From UHGV virus genome UHGV-0176771: DNA of 64,000 nt. One strand, written 5' to 3'. A program made the translations under genes and the position numbers. Numbering within the stretch: the stretch's first letter is position 1; every line of letters begins with the position of its first letter. Positions 45,982 through 56,900 of the stretch are shown here, piece by piece. A model generated the notes under the pieces. It made no database searches, was not told the origin of the DNA, and saw only the letters and a program-made list of their open reading frames with translations. The stretch comes from a virus.

Positions 45982-48468
45982 TTATGAAATTTCAATTTCT
46001 GCTGAACAGTTAATTACAAGATTTTTATCAACCATTTCTCGATCAACAAAAATAACTTTTCCAGTAGTCCATTCTTTTCCAACATCAAGTTCTACACCAT
46101 TTTGTCTTCTATAATATTTATACGTTCCTTTTGGAAGATCCTCGTCAGAGGCATCCTCCCATGTAGCTCCATTATATTTTTTTAATTTCACAGTTTTTGC
46201 TACCTTGTCAATATGATAATAGAAGTCATTTTCTACTGCCGTTTTTGGGGCTGTAACAGAGAATGTTGTTGATTTGATAGGATCAATTTCCTTACCATTT
46301 AAGTACGCAATCGTATAAACAGCACCATATGTTGTTTCATTAGTGAGCTGATTACCGATGGAGCATAATACCTGTAAATCAATTGGGTCATTTTTATCGG
46401 TTACTGTCCAATATGCAATATATTGTTTTCCGCCATAGGTAGCCTCACATTTAAAAGATGCGAGAGATTCCACCATAGAAGGAGTAACAGTAAGTTTATT
46501 TTTAGTTTCGCTATCTAAAACATCGTATCTTCCATCAGTAAATTTATACCATTTGTATGTAATACCAGATTCAATAATTGCGCTTCCGTCTGTAAGTTGT
46601 GTTGTAAGCTCAACACTATTTGCACCATTTACAATGACATCTCCTTGTGGGGCGTAAATCTGAAGCAACACAGCATTTGTTGCCTGTATGCTTTTTGTCC
46701 ATCCAAATTTCTTCACTACAGATACACCTTCCACTGTAAATGTAAGCGAAAATGTTCCTGACAAATCAGATGCTGAACCAAGTGCATTTCCGGCAGGAAT
46801 ACTAATAACTAACAACCCATCATTAGACGCAGTTCCAGCAGTATTCGTTCTTACAGTAACACCAGATGGTAAACTTCCTGGTGTACATTTTGCAGCCACA
46901 CGACTTAATCCCTTATAAGCATAAAAAGGTATATTAAGCTCTTTTGCAATCTTTACTGTTCCATCTGAATTACATGGAATAACTTCTGCTTCATTTCCAA
47001 GAATAACAGAAATAGAATCTTTGCCAGGTGCTCCGTCACCACCGTCTTGACCGTCAACTGTTACCATTACAGTTTGAGTATCTAATTTTGTAGTTGTACC
47101 ACCAGATGCATATAATTCACATCGTATTGCTCTTACCGTAATATTGGATGGAGTATACACCTTACTTGATTCATCACTTGCAGACGTATATTTTGCAGTG
47201 CCAAAACTTAATCCATCTGTGGACTCAAAGATTTTAAATCTTCCATTATATACCGTTTGACTTACTGCAGCACCTACTTGCTTTGCAGCAGAAAACGTAA
47301 CATTTGCTGGGAGAAAGGCATTATTTTTTCCAAGATTCATAGATAAAGTGGATGTCTCAAGAGAATAAATTACCGCATCAGAACCGTCAACTCCGGCACG
47401 TTGTTTAATAAGAGAAAATCTCTTTTTTAAGGCTGTAGATTTCAAAGTGCATGAAAATTCAACATGACCAACGTCTACATTGTCATCCATTTTTGTAACA
47501 GTATATTTGTTGCCAATAAATGTTCCTTGAATACCTTCACTAGGAACGGCACTTATAGCCCATTTTGATGTCACATCAATTCCGCCTTCAAAAACACTTA
47601 CGCTCGTTTCAGCTCCTTTATATCCTGTATCTGGGTTTATATAACCACTTGAATTACACGGAAGAGTATGACTTTCATTACTTAATACTACTGCGACTGT
47701 ACTATTACCCGCAGCACCATCTCTAATTTTTGTAATCGTATGGATATCATAGACGGAAGAGTCATTTGTAACCAACTTGATAACTGCTGTATCATTTGTA
47801 AATAATGCATTTTCAGAGGCTTTAATTACAATAGATGCTCCATTAATGGATGGGTTATGTGTTGTAGTCATTGCAACAAATTCACCTGTAGCACTTTTAT
47901 ACTGCCACTGAGAAATGCTTACATTTGTACAATTTGCTGTTAATGTGATTGTGTCTACACCGACAAGGGCTTGTGAAGAATTGTACAAAAAGACAGACTC
48001 ACCAGAAATTGAACAATACTTTGCTTCCGTAGCCTGTTTTGATAGAGAAAATGTCATTTGAGCCTGTGTCTCTATAGTAATATTCGTGTTTGTATCTGTA
48101 TATTGCACATTTGCAATATATGTCAAAATTCCACTTTGAATTGTACTTAAAAAATTCTGAGATACGGTCAAGGTTCCATTTTTAACAGTTTCTCCTGCTT
48201 TTAATTCTTCAGCAGGATTTGACCCTTCTTGCCTTTTCCATGTCACAGATAATCCTGTTTTTGGAAAAGTTAATTGTTCATCATTTAAATATACAACTGG
48301 GGTCAAAACCAAATTATTTTTGCTCCAATCTGGGGTATATACTGTTTCAACCCCATTTGGATTTTCAATAACAGTCTGTGGAAGACTGCTTGTTATATAT
48401 AAATTTAAGCGACCTACATCTGTAGCGTCTGTAATAGTAATCGAACTATATGCTTTTGCTAAAGCCAT
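45982..48468 (-). CDS. Ig-like-repeat structural protein
   Basis: Internal repeats similar to those in 43490..45922. Confidence 0.4.
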   Translation of the reverse strand: MALAKAYSSITITDATDVGRLNLYITSSLPQTVIENPNGVETVYTPDWSKNNLVLTPVVYLNDEQLTFPKTGLSVTWKRQEGSNPAEELKAGETVKNGTLTVSQNFLSTIQSGILTYIANVQYTDTNTNITIETQAQMTFSLSKQATEAKYCSISGESVFLYNSSQALVGVDTITLTANCTNVSISQWQYKSATGEFVAMTTTHNPSINGASIVIKASENALFTNDTAVIKLVTNDSSVYDIHTITKIRDGAAGNSTVAVVLSNESHTLPCNSSGYINPDTGYKGAETSVSVFEGGIDVTSKWAISAVPSEGIQGTFIGNKYTVTKMDDNVDVGHVEFSCTLKSTALKKRFSLIKQRAGVDGSDAVIYSLETSTLSMNLGKNNAFLPANVTFSAAKQVGAAVSQTVYNGRFKIFESTDGLSFGTAKYTSASDESSKVYTPSNITVRAIRCELYASGGTTTKLDTQTVMVTVDGQDGGDGAPGKDSISVILGNEAEVIPCNSDGTVKIAKELNIPFYAYKGLSRVAAKCTPGSLPSGVTVRTNTAGTASNDGLLVISIPAGNALGSASDLSGTFSLTFTVEGVSVVKKFGWTKSIQATNAVLLQIYAPQGDVIVNGANSVELTTQLTDGSAIIESGITYKWYKFTDGRYDVLDSETKNKLTVTPSMVESLASFKCEATYGGKQYIAYWTVTDKNDPIDLQVLCSIGNQLTNETTYGAVYTIAYLNGKEIDPIKSTTFSVTAPKTAVENDFYYHIDKVAKTVKLKKYNGATWEDASDEDLPKGTYKYYRRQNGVELDVGKEWTTGKVIFVDREMVDKNLVINCSAEIEIS

Positions 48469-48479
48469 AAAAATCCTCC

Positions 48480-51400
48480 TTAGAAAACTGCTCTTGCGAG
48501 TTCTTTATCTTCATTAAAAAAGGAACAAGTGAAACTTGCCCCGCCAAATACATCTTCGTTTGTAATATGCAAACCTTTTGTTCCGTTTGCATGTGCCATA
48601 TTCCAATAATGATCACCATCAGAGTCTGGAGATTGCCTCGTCCATATAAAATGCGTTTCATCGTACATATCTGTTACATTGCTCTGACCAAGATATAACG
48701 TTGGTGAGAGAGTGGTGTTTATCATACCTGGTCTAAAAACAACTCCGTTTGATGAATATATACTCATAGTATATGGTGTAGAAACTTTAATTCCGTCAAT
48801 CTGCGTCTGCATATTTGAAAACTGTTTTTCAATAGTTGTGAACGATGCATTGATTCCTTCACCGTTTACAACAACATCAGATACATGAATTTTCCCATCT
48901 GCATCTTGTTCTACAGCTTGAAAAGCCAGTTTATCCTTTGCAATTGTATTATTTGCGATCATATCGTTTTTAATTAAACCATCTTCGATTGCAGAATCTT
49001 TAATACCTGTAGAATCTATCAGAACACCTTTTCCAGTTTCGTCATATAAACAAAATGTGAAATTATCATTATTATCTCTTCCTATTTGAATACGTACAAC
49101 GTTATTTTTATCTTTAAATTGCATTGTGTTTTCTACAATAGAAATGCCACCATCATCTGATCCAATCTGAAATTGGTCTGTTGATATTTTACTCGCTTTC
49201 AACATATCAACCGTAATACGAGCTGCAATCAACTCACTAATGACCGCTTCATCAATCACAACATTCTGTGCTGTAAGTTTGATAATATGTCCAAGTTCAG
49301 CAGACACGTTTCCTGAAATCAAATTGTCAATATTTGCAACATAAGCAGCTAACTTTTTGAAATCACCAGATTGAGCAACAATCTGTCCAGCAGAAATAAG
49401 TTCCGCCTGTAAGTACTGGAAGAAACCATTTTCTGCATGAATGTTGATACACTTGATCATTTCTGCTTCAAGCGTTCCCGGAGTAATATAATCACCGCCA
49501 CCACCACCGATGATACTTCCGCCAGAACCATTTACGATATTCTGTACTTTATTTGTAAAAGCAGAAGACTGTAACAGTTTCTGTAAAATCTCATAAATGT
49601 TATCATCTGTGATTTGCAGATTTCCTACATAATTGTTTCTGGCTCCGCCACCTCCAAGATTTGATCCTGTCCCAAGAATTGAGATAAAATCATTTCTTTT
49701 AGACCTTGATTTGATCATATTTGAAAATGTAATAGTAAAATTGTTGTCAAATAGAAATGGGTTATAAGAAATATTCATCACACGTAATTTTACAAAATAA
49801 TCATCTCTGATTCCGAGCCAAATAAAATTCCCGAAATCTAAAGTTCTTGCATGTAATTCTGTTCCAGATGCAGAAATTAAATTGTCTGTATCAGTTGAAT
49901 ATATGACTTGTGGAACAGAAGAGGCTTCTAATTCCTCTAACGCAATACGGCATAGTTCCTGTTGTACAGTTACAATATCCCTAAGTGAATCCTGTGTACT
50001 TATAAAAATGTTTTCATTTGTGTATGTCGTAGGATTAGTGATGTGATAAAGTTCTGCCAGTTCCTCTTTGGTAAAACCACCTAATTCATTGTCAGCCCAT
50101 GTTTCTAATGCCATGTCTTGACCAAGAGCAGTACGTTTCTTGCCAAGTTCTTTCTGTTTTTCTTCCTCTACCTTTGCCTCTTCTCTACGTTTCTTTAATG
50201 CTGCAGCACAAGAATCTGCATTTTTCTCGTCAAGTTGATATGCGTTCTTTTCATAAATTTCATGTTTTCCTTTAAACCCATCTTCTGTTAAAGGTGGATA
50301 TTTTTCTGGATCTTCTTTTGAAAGTTCTTGATATCTTTCCCACGTTAAGTCATAGTGACTTTTCTGCAACAACTTAACTTGATCCTGATATGCAGTTAAT
50401 TTTACTTCCAGTTCATTGATTCCATAATATTCCCATGTTGTTTCATAATCTTCGATAAAATCCATTTCACCTTCAGACGTTGGTAATTTTCGATTATCGA
50501 ATTCAATTTGAATATTAGGGAGAATTGTATCCACGATTTGATGATAGATATTTGCGTCTGGAGATGCATTAAGAGCATCGATATCAAATTTCCCGTCCTC
50601 ATCTACATATATTTTTTCGTAACCAAGTTTCTGTGCTTCGTATTCTTTTTTCAGAGCAGTTAGTGCTTCATCTGATAATTTATGCCAGTTACTTGGATCA
50701 CAGTCTCCGGTAGGAATTCGAATATAAATCTCAGTGATTTTATCTTGTAATTCATTCCATTCTTTTGACATCTTTGTATAATCAATTCTTGCCTGTACAC
50801 AAAAATCAAACCATGCTTTATATTTTTTAATCGTAGAATCGGAAAGATATTTATTATTTAGCCAGAACCGATCAAGATAAAATAAATTATTATTTCCGCC
50901 ATTTACCTGTTCAATTCCTAAATCGTTTGCGCCGGATACACGATATTTAGTATAAATGTGTTCATCATCTACTGATACATCAGCAGAATTCTGGACATTA
51001 CGATATCCGATTGTAATGTTTGTTTCTTTCCCAAAATTTTCTACACGATAAAAGTTCACAACAAGATTCTTAAAGTCAAATTCTACAATACAGTTAAAAA
51101 ACTTTTCAAAATCTTGCGTTAAAAATGTATACGTATCTTTATAGTCAACATCAAAAGTTCCGATTTCATCTTTTAGATAAACCAGCTTCTTTTTAATTTC
51201 TCCATTTTCAATTGTTTCGTATTCTTTTGGGATATTGTCGATATGACCGATTTTCCATCCAGGAACTTTTTCAATTAAGATGTTTACAAGACTAAGTTGA
51301 GGTGTTAGCTCATTGTAAAATTTGATCTGTTCTTTTGCAAATTCTACACCATCAACTTCTTCCACATTACCTTCAACCAGCATTTCAAGAGAATCTGTAG

Positions 51401-51782
51401 TTCCGCAATTCACTTTCCAACCATCAAGAGGAATCTGCCCGTATTCTCCTTGTGCAGAATTTGCAGTTACAGTTTTATATTCTCTTGTACCTATACCATG
51501 TGTTTCTGGGCTGTCCATAATGAACCATCCAAGAGTAGAAATATAAATCTTCATATATTTAGATAACCAGTTATAAGCAGAAGATTCTATCATTCGTCCA
51601 TCATCTGTTTCTATGTACTGATTCACATCAAAAGTGATAGAAGAAACATCGTTGCACACCCCTTCAAAATTCACTGTTGAAATATCTATTCCGTTAATTG
51701 CACAAAGAAAAATTCTACTTGGAGTTGCAAGGTACGCGACTGGCTGTTCATGTCTTCCATATAAATCATAATTCAGTTGCAA
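48480..51782 (-). CDS. Tail-associated lysin / baseplate hub protein (Tal-like, siphovirus gp21-type N-terminus)
   Basis: Position directly after Dit. Size 1100 aa. N-terminal region typical of phage minor structural / tail endopeptidase proteins. Confidence 0.45.
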   Translation of the reverse strand: MQLNYDLYGRHEQPVAYLATPSRIFLCAINGIDISTVNFEGVCNDVSSITFDVNQYIETDDGRMIESSAYNWLSKYMKIYISTLGWFIMDSPETHGIGTREYKTVTANSAQGEYGQIPLDGWKVNCGTTDSLEMLVEGNVEEVDGVEFAKEQIKFYNELTPQLSLVNILIEKVPGWKIGHIDNIPKEYETIENGEIKKKLVYLKDEIGTFDVDYKDTYTFLTQDFEKFFNCIVEFDFKNLVVNFYRVENFGKETNITIGYRNVQNSADVSVDDEHIYTKYRVSGANDLGIEQVNGGNNNLFYLDRFWLNNKYLSDSTIKKYKAWFDFCVQARIDYTKMSKEWNELQDKITEIYIRIPTGDCDPSNWHKLSDEALTALKKEYEAQKLGYEKIYVDEDGKFDIDALNASPDANIYHQIVDTILPNIQIEFDNRKLPTSEGEMDFIEDYETTWEYYGINELEVKLTAYQDQVKLLQKSHYDLTWERYQELSKEDPEKYPPLTEDGFKGKHEIYEKNAYQLDEKNADSCAAALKKRREEAKVEEEKQKELGKKRTALGQDMALETWADNELGGFTKEELAELYHITNPTTYTNENIFISTQDSLRDIVTVQQELCRIALEELEASSVPQVIYSTDTDNLISASGTELHARTLDFGNFIWLGIRDDYFVKLRVMNISYNPFLFDNNFTITFSNMIKSRSKRNDFISILGTGSNLGGGGARNNYVGNLQITDDNIYEILQKLLQSSAFTNKVQNIVNGSGGSIIGGGGGDYITPGTLEAEMIKCINIHAENGFFQYLQAELISAGQIVAQSGDFKKLAAYVANIDNLISGNVSAELGHIIKLTAQNVVIDEAVISELIAARITVDMLKASKISTDQFQIGSDDGGISIVENTMQFKDKNNVVRIQIGRDNNDNFTFCLYDETGKGVLIDSTGIKDSAIEDGLIKNDMIANNTIAKDKLAFQAVEQDADGKIHVSDVVVNGEGINASFTTIEKQFSNMQTQIDGIKVSTPYTMSIYSSNGVVFRPGMINTTLSPTLYLGQSNVTDMYDETHFIWTRQSPDSDGDHYWNMAHANGTKGLHITNEDVFGGASFTCSFFNEDKELARAVF

Positions 51783-52856
51783 TTAGATCAGTGCTCCTTT
51801 CCTTGGCTCCAAGTAAGAAATATTTAAAGTTACATTTCCAAACACTCTAAAAGTGTTATGTCCATGAATCAACCGCACCCAGTAAATATTGTCTTCCGCT
51901 TGAATACCAACACGTTCAAATACTACTGGTCTATCAAGTTCATCATAGAATGCTAAATTTTTACAATCCAATTTCAATTCCAAGTCACGCTGAGTCTGGC
52001 AGTAGAAAAATCCGCCCTGAAAAATATAATACTGCCCGTTTTCAATATAGTACGCGCCATACTTATTCTTCACTCCGTAAGAATCAGTAAGATAGAATAG
52101 GATAGCAGTATTATTGCATACAGATACCACATGACTATCTTTGTCATATACATATTCAAGAGTACACCCATTCATTTTTGCGTAATTTTCAATTTTATTC
52201 ATCAATAATTGTAACGTCAATTTGTTTGTGGATTGTAATGAGATTGTGCCAGATTCAAGTGTTTTACTGTCTGACAGATTATGGATATAGATTTGTTCTG
52301 TTGCTTTGGGATAAATATTAATAACTGGATATACATATCCGTATTTGTCGCTGCTTGTATTTTGCAACATAAAGTTTTTACTACGTGTAATGATTTGTTG
52401 ATCTTGTTTTTCTACATAAGAAAATGGCGAATTGCATGTGAATGTACATCGTAAACCGTAACAAATTCCCCAATTCTCATATGGAGTGACAGAAGAGAAG
52501 TAGCCTTTTACTTTTACAATCTCGTCCTGTTGTGTTGTAATTTTTAACCATCTATGTTCTTGAGGTGATGTGAGCCATGAAACTGTCTCCTCGTATTCTT
52601 CTGTAGATAATTCTAATTCTTCCTGAGATGTATTTACCTCGTAATCTTTTGTGATGTGTATTTCAAATACAAGTGTTTCTGTATATGTTGTTCCGAATCC
52701 AGTCACCTCTGGTCGATATTTATTCATTGTAGTAGATTCCATTTCTCTCACAATAGACGATGGAAGAGAAGTATCGTCATCAAAATTAACAGAAGAAAGA
52801 TTCTGTTGCTTCAATGTTTGCTCATCAAATTCAAAATCTTTACATACTAGAATCAT
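51783..52856 (-). CDS. Distal tail protein (Dit-like)
   Basis: Size and position between tape measure and Tal. Confidence 0.4.
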   Translation of the reverse strand: MILVCKDFEFDEQTLKQQNLSSVNFDDDTSLPSSIVREMESTTMNKYRPEVTGFGTTYTETLVFEIHITKDYEVNTSQEELELSTEEYEETVSWLTSPQEHRWLKITTQQDEIVKVKGYFSSVTPYENWGICYGLRCTFTCNSPFSYVEKQDQQIITRSKNFMLQNTSSDKYGYVYPVINIYPKATEQIYIHNLSDSKTLESGTISLQSTNKLTLQLLMNKIENYAKMNGCTLEYVYDKDSHVVSVCNNTAILFYLTDSYGVKNKYGAYYIENGQYYIFQGGFFYCQTQRDLELKLDCKNLAFYDELDRPVVFERVGIQAEDNIYWVRLIHGHNTFRVFGNVTLNISYLEPRKGALI

Positions 52857-52887
52857 ATAAATTCACCTCAACTTTCTTAAATTTTTA

Positions 52888-52921
52888 TATCAAAAAAGGA
52901 GCTGAGAAAATTCTCAACTCC
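52888..52921 (-). terminator. Intrinsic terminator (stem GGAGTTGAGAA/TTCTCAGCTCC then TTTTTTGATAT on the - strand) immediately upstream of the Dit start
   Basis: Hairpin with one mismatch plus a 6-T run. Confidence 0.5.
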
Positions 52922-52959
52922 TTGTGTATTCGTTATTTATAAAGGGCAGGAATATTCGT

Positions 52960-52988
52960 TTGACAGAATATTCCAAATTATTTATAAT
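52960..52988 (+). promoter_or_regulatory. Perfect-consensus sigma70-type promoter TTGACA-17-TATAAT on the + strand; 9-bp inverted repeat GGAATATTC/GAATATTCC flanks the -35 (52949-52974)
   Basis: Hexamers and spacing read directly from the sequence. Confidence 0.5.
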
Positions 52989-53121
52989 GTAGGTTAGAGA
53001 ACAGAATCAAACATTTTTATTCCAGGCTAGATAGAGATGGTAGGCGGTTTGAGTCACGTCTGGATGGTGACATCTAGTTTATCGTATAGATACCCTTGCT
53101 AAGAAAGGAGGGTGATACAAC

Positions 53122-53223
53122 GTGATAATTTGCGAACTTATTGCAGACATTGTGATTGGAGTCATTTCCTCTTACATAGTCAAGTTTATCGATAAGAAAC
53201 GCAAAAATAACCGCCATGAGTAA
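53122..53223 (+). CDS. 33-aa hydrophobic peptide with basic C-terminus (MIICELIADIVIGVISSYIVKFIDKKRKNNRHE); type-I-toxin-like
   Basis: AAGGAGGGTGA RBS 7 nt upstream of a GTG start. Lies 126 nt downstream of the consensus promoter. A 9-bp perfect inverted repeat spans the stop codon. Confidence 0.3.
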   Translation: MIICELIADIVIGVISSYIVKFIDKKRKNNRHE

Positions 53224-53255
53224 AGCGGTTATTCTTGCTAATTGTTTAGTTTATT
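53206..53255 (+). terminator. Hairpin AATAACCGC/GCGGTTATT overlapping the peptide stop codon, followed by T-rich tract
   Basis: Read from the sequence. Confidence 0.3.
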
Positions 53256-53436
53256 AGCCTTAATTCCACTAAAGGCTCAACCGTCTATAGGATTCTGGTC
53301 TCTTTTATTTTGCACACATCAATGTGCATTCATTCAACCTATAGATAAAACCGCATTAACGGCTTCTTACTTTCTTTTATACTCACCTATTATAGCTTAT
53401 TTTACTCGAAAAGTAAATATAAAACAAATATAATTG

Positions 53437-53515
53437 CAATGTTTCTTTGTTGCACATCGCAAAGCATATTTTAAATAACAAACAATGTTTAATGGCACAT
53501 TGCGAAACCAAATAT
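53437..53515. repeat. Two 33-bp imperfect direct repeats (CAATGTTTCTTTGTTGCACATCGCAAAGCATAT and CAATGTTTAATGGCACATTGCGAAACCAAATAT) near a perfect palindrome TGCACACATCAATGTGCA at 53311-53328
   Basis: Read from the sequence. Confidence 0.5.
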
Positions 53516-53978
53516 AATTTGAACCCCAGCCTTTTATTAGCCACATACTGGGTAGCGGAAATAATTTAACCCCGTACCTTCTTTTTGACTGCTGATATAT
53601 ACGGTCACAGCAAATAATAGAATAGAAGAGTCACTGGTGATGACCTTTCTATTCATTTAAGGACTTTCTTTCAGAACATAGTTCCTAGTTAGGCTATGGG
53701 AAATCCTCGCACCTTTGTAAATCTCCATGTAAACCGGTTCCTAACCCGGCGTACACTTCAAAGATTATTTATAGCAGTCATATTACGCTGCATCACACCA
53801 GATTTTACTTAATTAGACAGCGTCCTGATAAAGCAGGCTATTCTATGGTAGTTTATCGTCCCCCAATAGAGAAAGTGAGCCGTCTCTTTCACTTTTACTT
53901 TTGGATATCCAAGGCATCTCTCCTATATTCATATTCTCTTAATCACAAGCGGCAGGATAATAAATCCCACCGCTTATT

Positions 53979-56900
53979 TTAAAATGATCTGTGTACACCA
54001 GCTCTTTTGGCTTCTTTGGTAAATTCCTTTGTGACTCCTTCAATTACTTTCTTCATGCCAGGATAGGTTTCCTTGTCAATACTTCCTTGAACTTCTATCA
54101 TCTTGTCATAGTAATTATTTGTTACATTAGGTCTTTCACCAAGGCTGTTTGCAATGTTCAGTGAACTATAAATATCATCTTTGTGTTCACCAAGATCCAT
54201 AATGTTCTTTGACAGTCTTGCATTTACAACAGCATCACCATAAGTAATTGTCGTAGCTGTTCCTGTCAATGCACCACGCCTAACCATCATTTCAGGATTG
54301 TTTCCTTCATTGATACGAACAATTTCTGAACCATTTACAAATTTCTTTGTTCCAGACGCATAACCTCTTAACTGGTCAAGACTTACCCAACCAAGGTCAC
54401 GCTCTCCGAAACGAGGTGTTCTACTAATATGATATTTCTTCTGTGCCCAATTAGCATTATTAACACTGGTAATATATACTTCCTGACCACGCATTTCATT
54501 TCCAGCAGGGGACTGACCGTCAGAAGAGTAGTAGTAATCTCCACTTGCGAATATTACTTTGTCTCCAACATTTGGTACTCCGTCTCCGCCACCATTATTA
54601 CTCGGTGGTGGTGTAGTTGGTTTTGGTGGTTCTGGTTTTGGTGTGACAGTTACTGCACAACTATTTGTTGAAGTAGCTCCTCCACCATCTGTTGCAATTG
54701 CACTAATGGTAGTGCTACCTGCTTTGACAGCATGAACAGTTCCATTTGCAACTGTAGCAACATTTGGATTTGATGACACCCACTGCAAGCTTTTATTTTT
54801 TGCATCATTTGGTCTGATTGTTGCCGAAACTGTGCCTGTAGAACCTTCCTGTATAGAAAGTGTCCCCGGACTTAATGTAATTTCTGCAACTGGTCTGTTT
54901 GATAAGTCTGGATTCTTACTGATATCACCTTGAATCTGGTCATTCTTATCCTGTGTTGTTCCGTTCTGAATCTGACCGGTATTCACATCCGTCCAATCAT
55001 CCGGTCTATAATTAGGAGCATTAGTCATACTATTGTCAACTTGATCTTGTGCTCCATTACTTGTACCAAGATTTCCAAGATTATTGGATAAATCTTTATT
55101 CGGTACAAATCCTGTACTGTTAATGATTTGCTGAATTTTGTCATAAGCCTGTTGGTAGTTTCCAACAATATTTCCAAGCATTTGAGATATTACTTGTTCC
55201 TGCTTTTCAGCATTTCGAGTAACATCATATAATGTTTCCTCCAGCTGCTTATCGAGATCCTCACTCAAACCGTCCAGACCATTCTGGTGAACATCATATT
55301 CATGGTCATCACGGGTGTCTTGCATTTCTTCTTCGGCATCTCTAAGTTGTGCTTTTAACCTCTTTAATTCAGCCTGTGCACTCGCATTATTCGTGCCTTC
55401 GAGTGCAGCAATCTGAGCTTTCAATGTATTCACATCTCTAGCCTGTTTACGCAGAGTCTTATTGTAATCAGCATTTTTCTTTTTGATATCCAATAATTCC
55501 TTCTGCTTATCAATCGATTTTTGAGCAACTTCATTCTCTTGCTCAAGCATCTTTGTATACAGATCAACAATAGAATCTTTGTAGTCTTCTACAATATTAA
55601 CAGAGCTTGAAATCTGATTGAGAAATTCTTTTTGCTGCTCCTTATATTCACTTGTTGAGATATTCCCGTTCTTTAAATCCTCATCAAGCTTCTTCAATGC
55701 CTCTTGATAATTCTTAATCTGTTGTTTCGCAGCATTCATACCCTGACTAATCAAAGCCAAATTTGCAATACCATCAAGTGTTAATCCACCATTTTTCCCA
55801 ACAAAAGCATCACTATTTAAAAGTCCTCTTAAATCATCTGTCTGGTCAATCAGATCACCTAATGCCTCCTGTCCATCAAAGAACGGTTGCCATCTTACTT
55901 CCCAGATTTTATTTTTGAGGTCTTCAATATTATTCATTGCATCAAAGATAGCGTCATCGAGCTTTTCCATCTCTTCCGCATATTCATTATATTTGTCAGA
56001 ACCGACATCATATTTTGCCTGATCTCGTAATAGCTCTTGTCTCTTATTATAATTCGCTTGAATCTGTGCATTGGCATTATCAAGTTGCGCCTGTAAATCT
56101 TTTTCAGATATTTGTTCGCCTTTTGACTCTGTAAGGTCTGTGTTGTTCTCAAGACGTTTTGCAGTTCTGTCTAATTCATCGATTGCCTGTTGCAATTTCA
56201 ATAAATCAAGTTCTCTTAGTTGGTCTTGCAATTCGATCAATGTTGTTTCAGCTTCAGCAGCTTCTTGTCTGAATCCGTTTAATGCAGCTTGAGCTTCAAA
56301 CCATTCCGTTGAGTATTCAGCCATATACCCATTTGCCATGAGTTTATTGATTTCATCTTGATATGATTTAATCTGTGACTGTAATTTACCTGCAACATCC
56401 TGTTGATTTTTAATAGATTCTTGCAGAGAGCCATACATATTGTCGGAATATGCAGATTCTCCTTTTGCAGCCGCTAGTTCACGTAATGCTTCCTGATAAT
56501 CTACAGCAGAGGACTCAATTCCAGTCATCATATCGATGTAATCTTCAATATTATCCAATGCTGTCTGCGCCAGTTCACTCTGTTTGTTTAAGAGGTCATC
56601 GTACTGTTTATTACAGTCTACGAGCTTATCATAATAAGACTGTAGCTCACTGATTATTTTTTGAGTATCATCATCGTATTTTGAAATATCCATAGACCCG
56701 TTCTGAATCTGATGGACGATAAGTGGGTTTATTCCACTCTGTCGCACAATAGAATCAAAATGACTTTGATAAGTCCCAATTGCTTGCTGAGTCCTATTCA
56801 GTAGTTCACTGTTCTTAGACATTGCCTCATACAGTTTCTGTTGCTTATCTGGGAGGTGTGCGATACGCTCCATTTGACTCATCAATAAATCATACTGTGA

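Noticed and set aside
53736-53760. tRNA-like T-arm (CCGGTTCCTAACCCGG) in the non-coding island
   Set aside because: Loop is 8 nt without the TTCRA consensus, and no acceptor, D or anticodon arms could be assembled around it on either strand.
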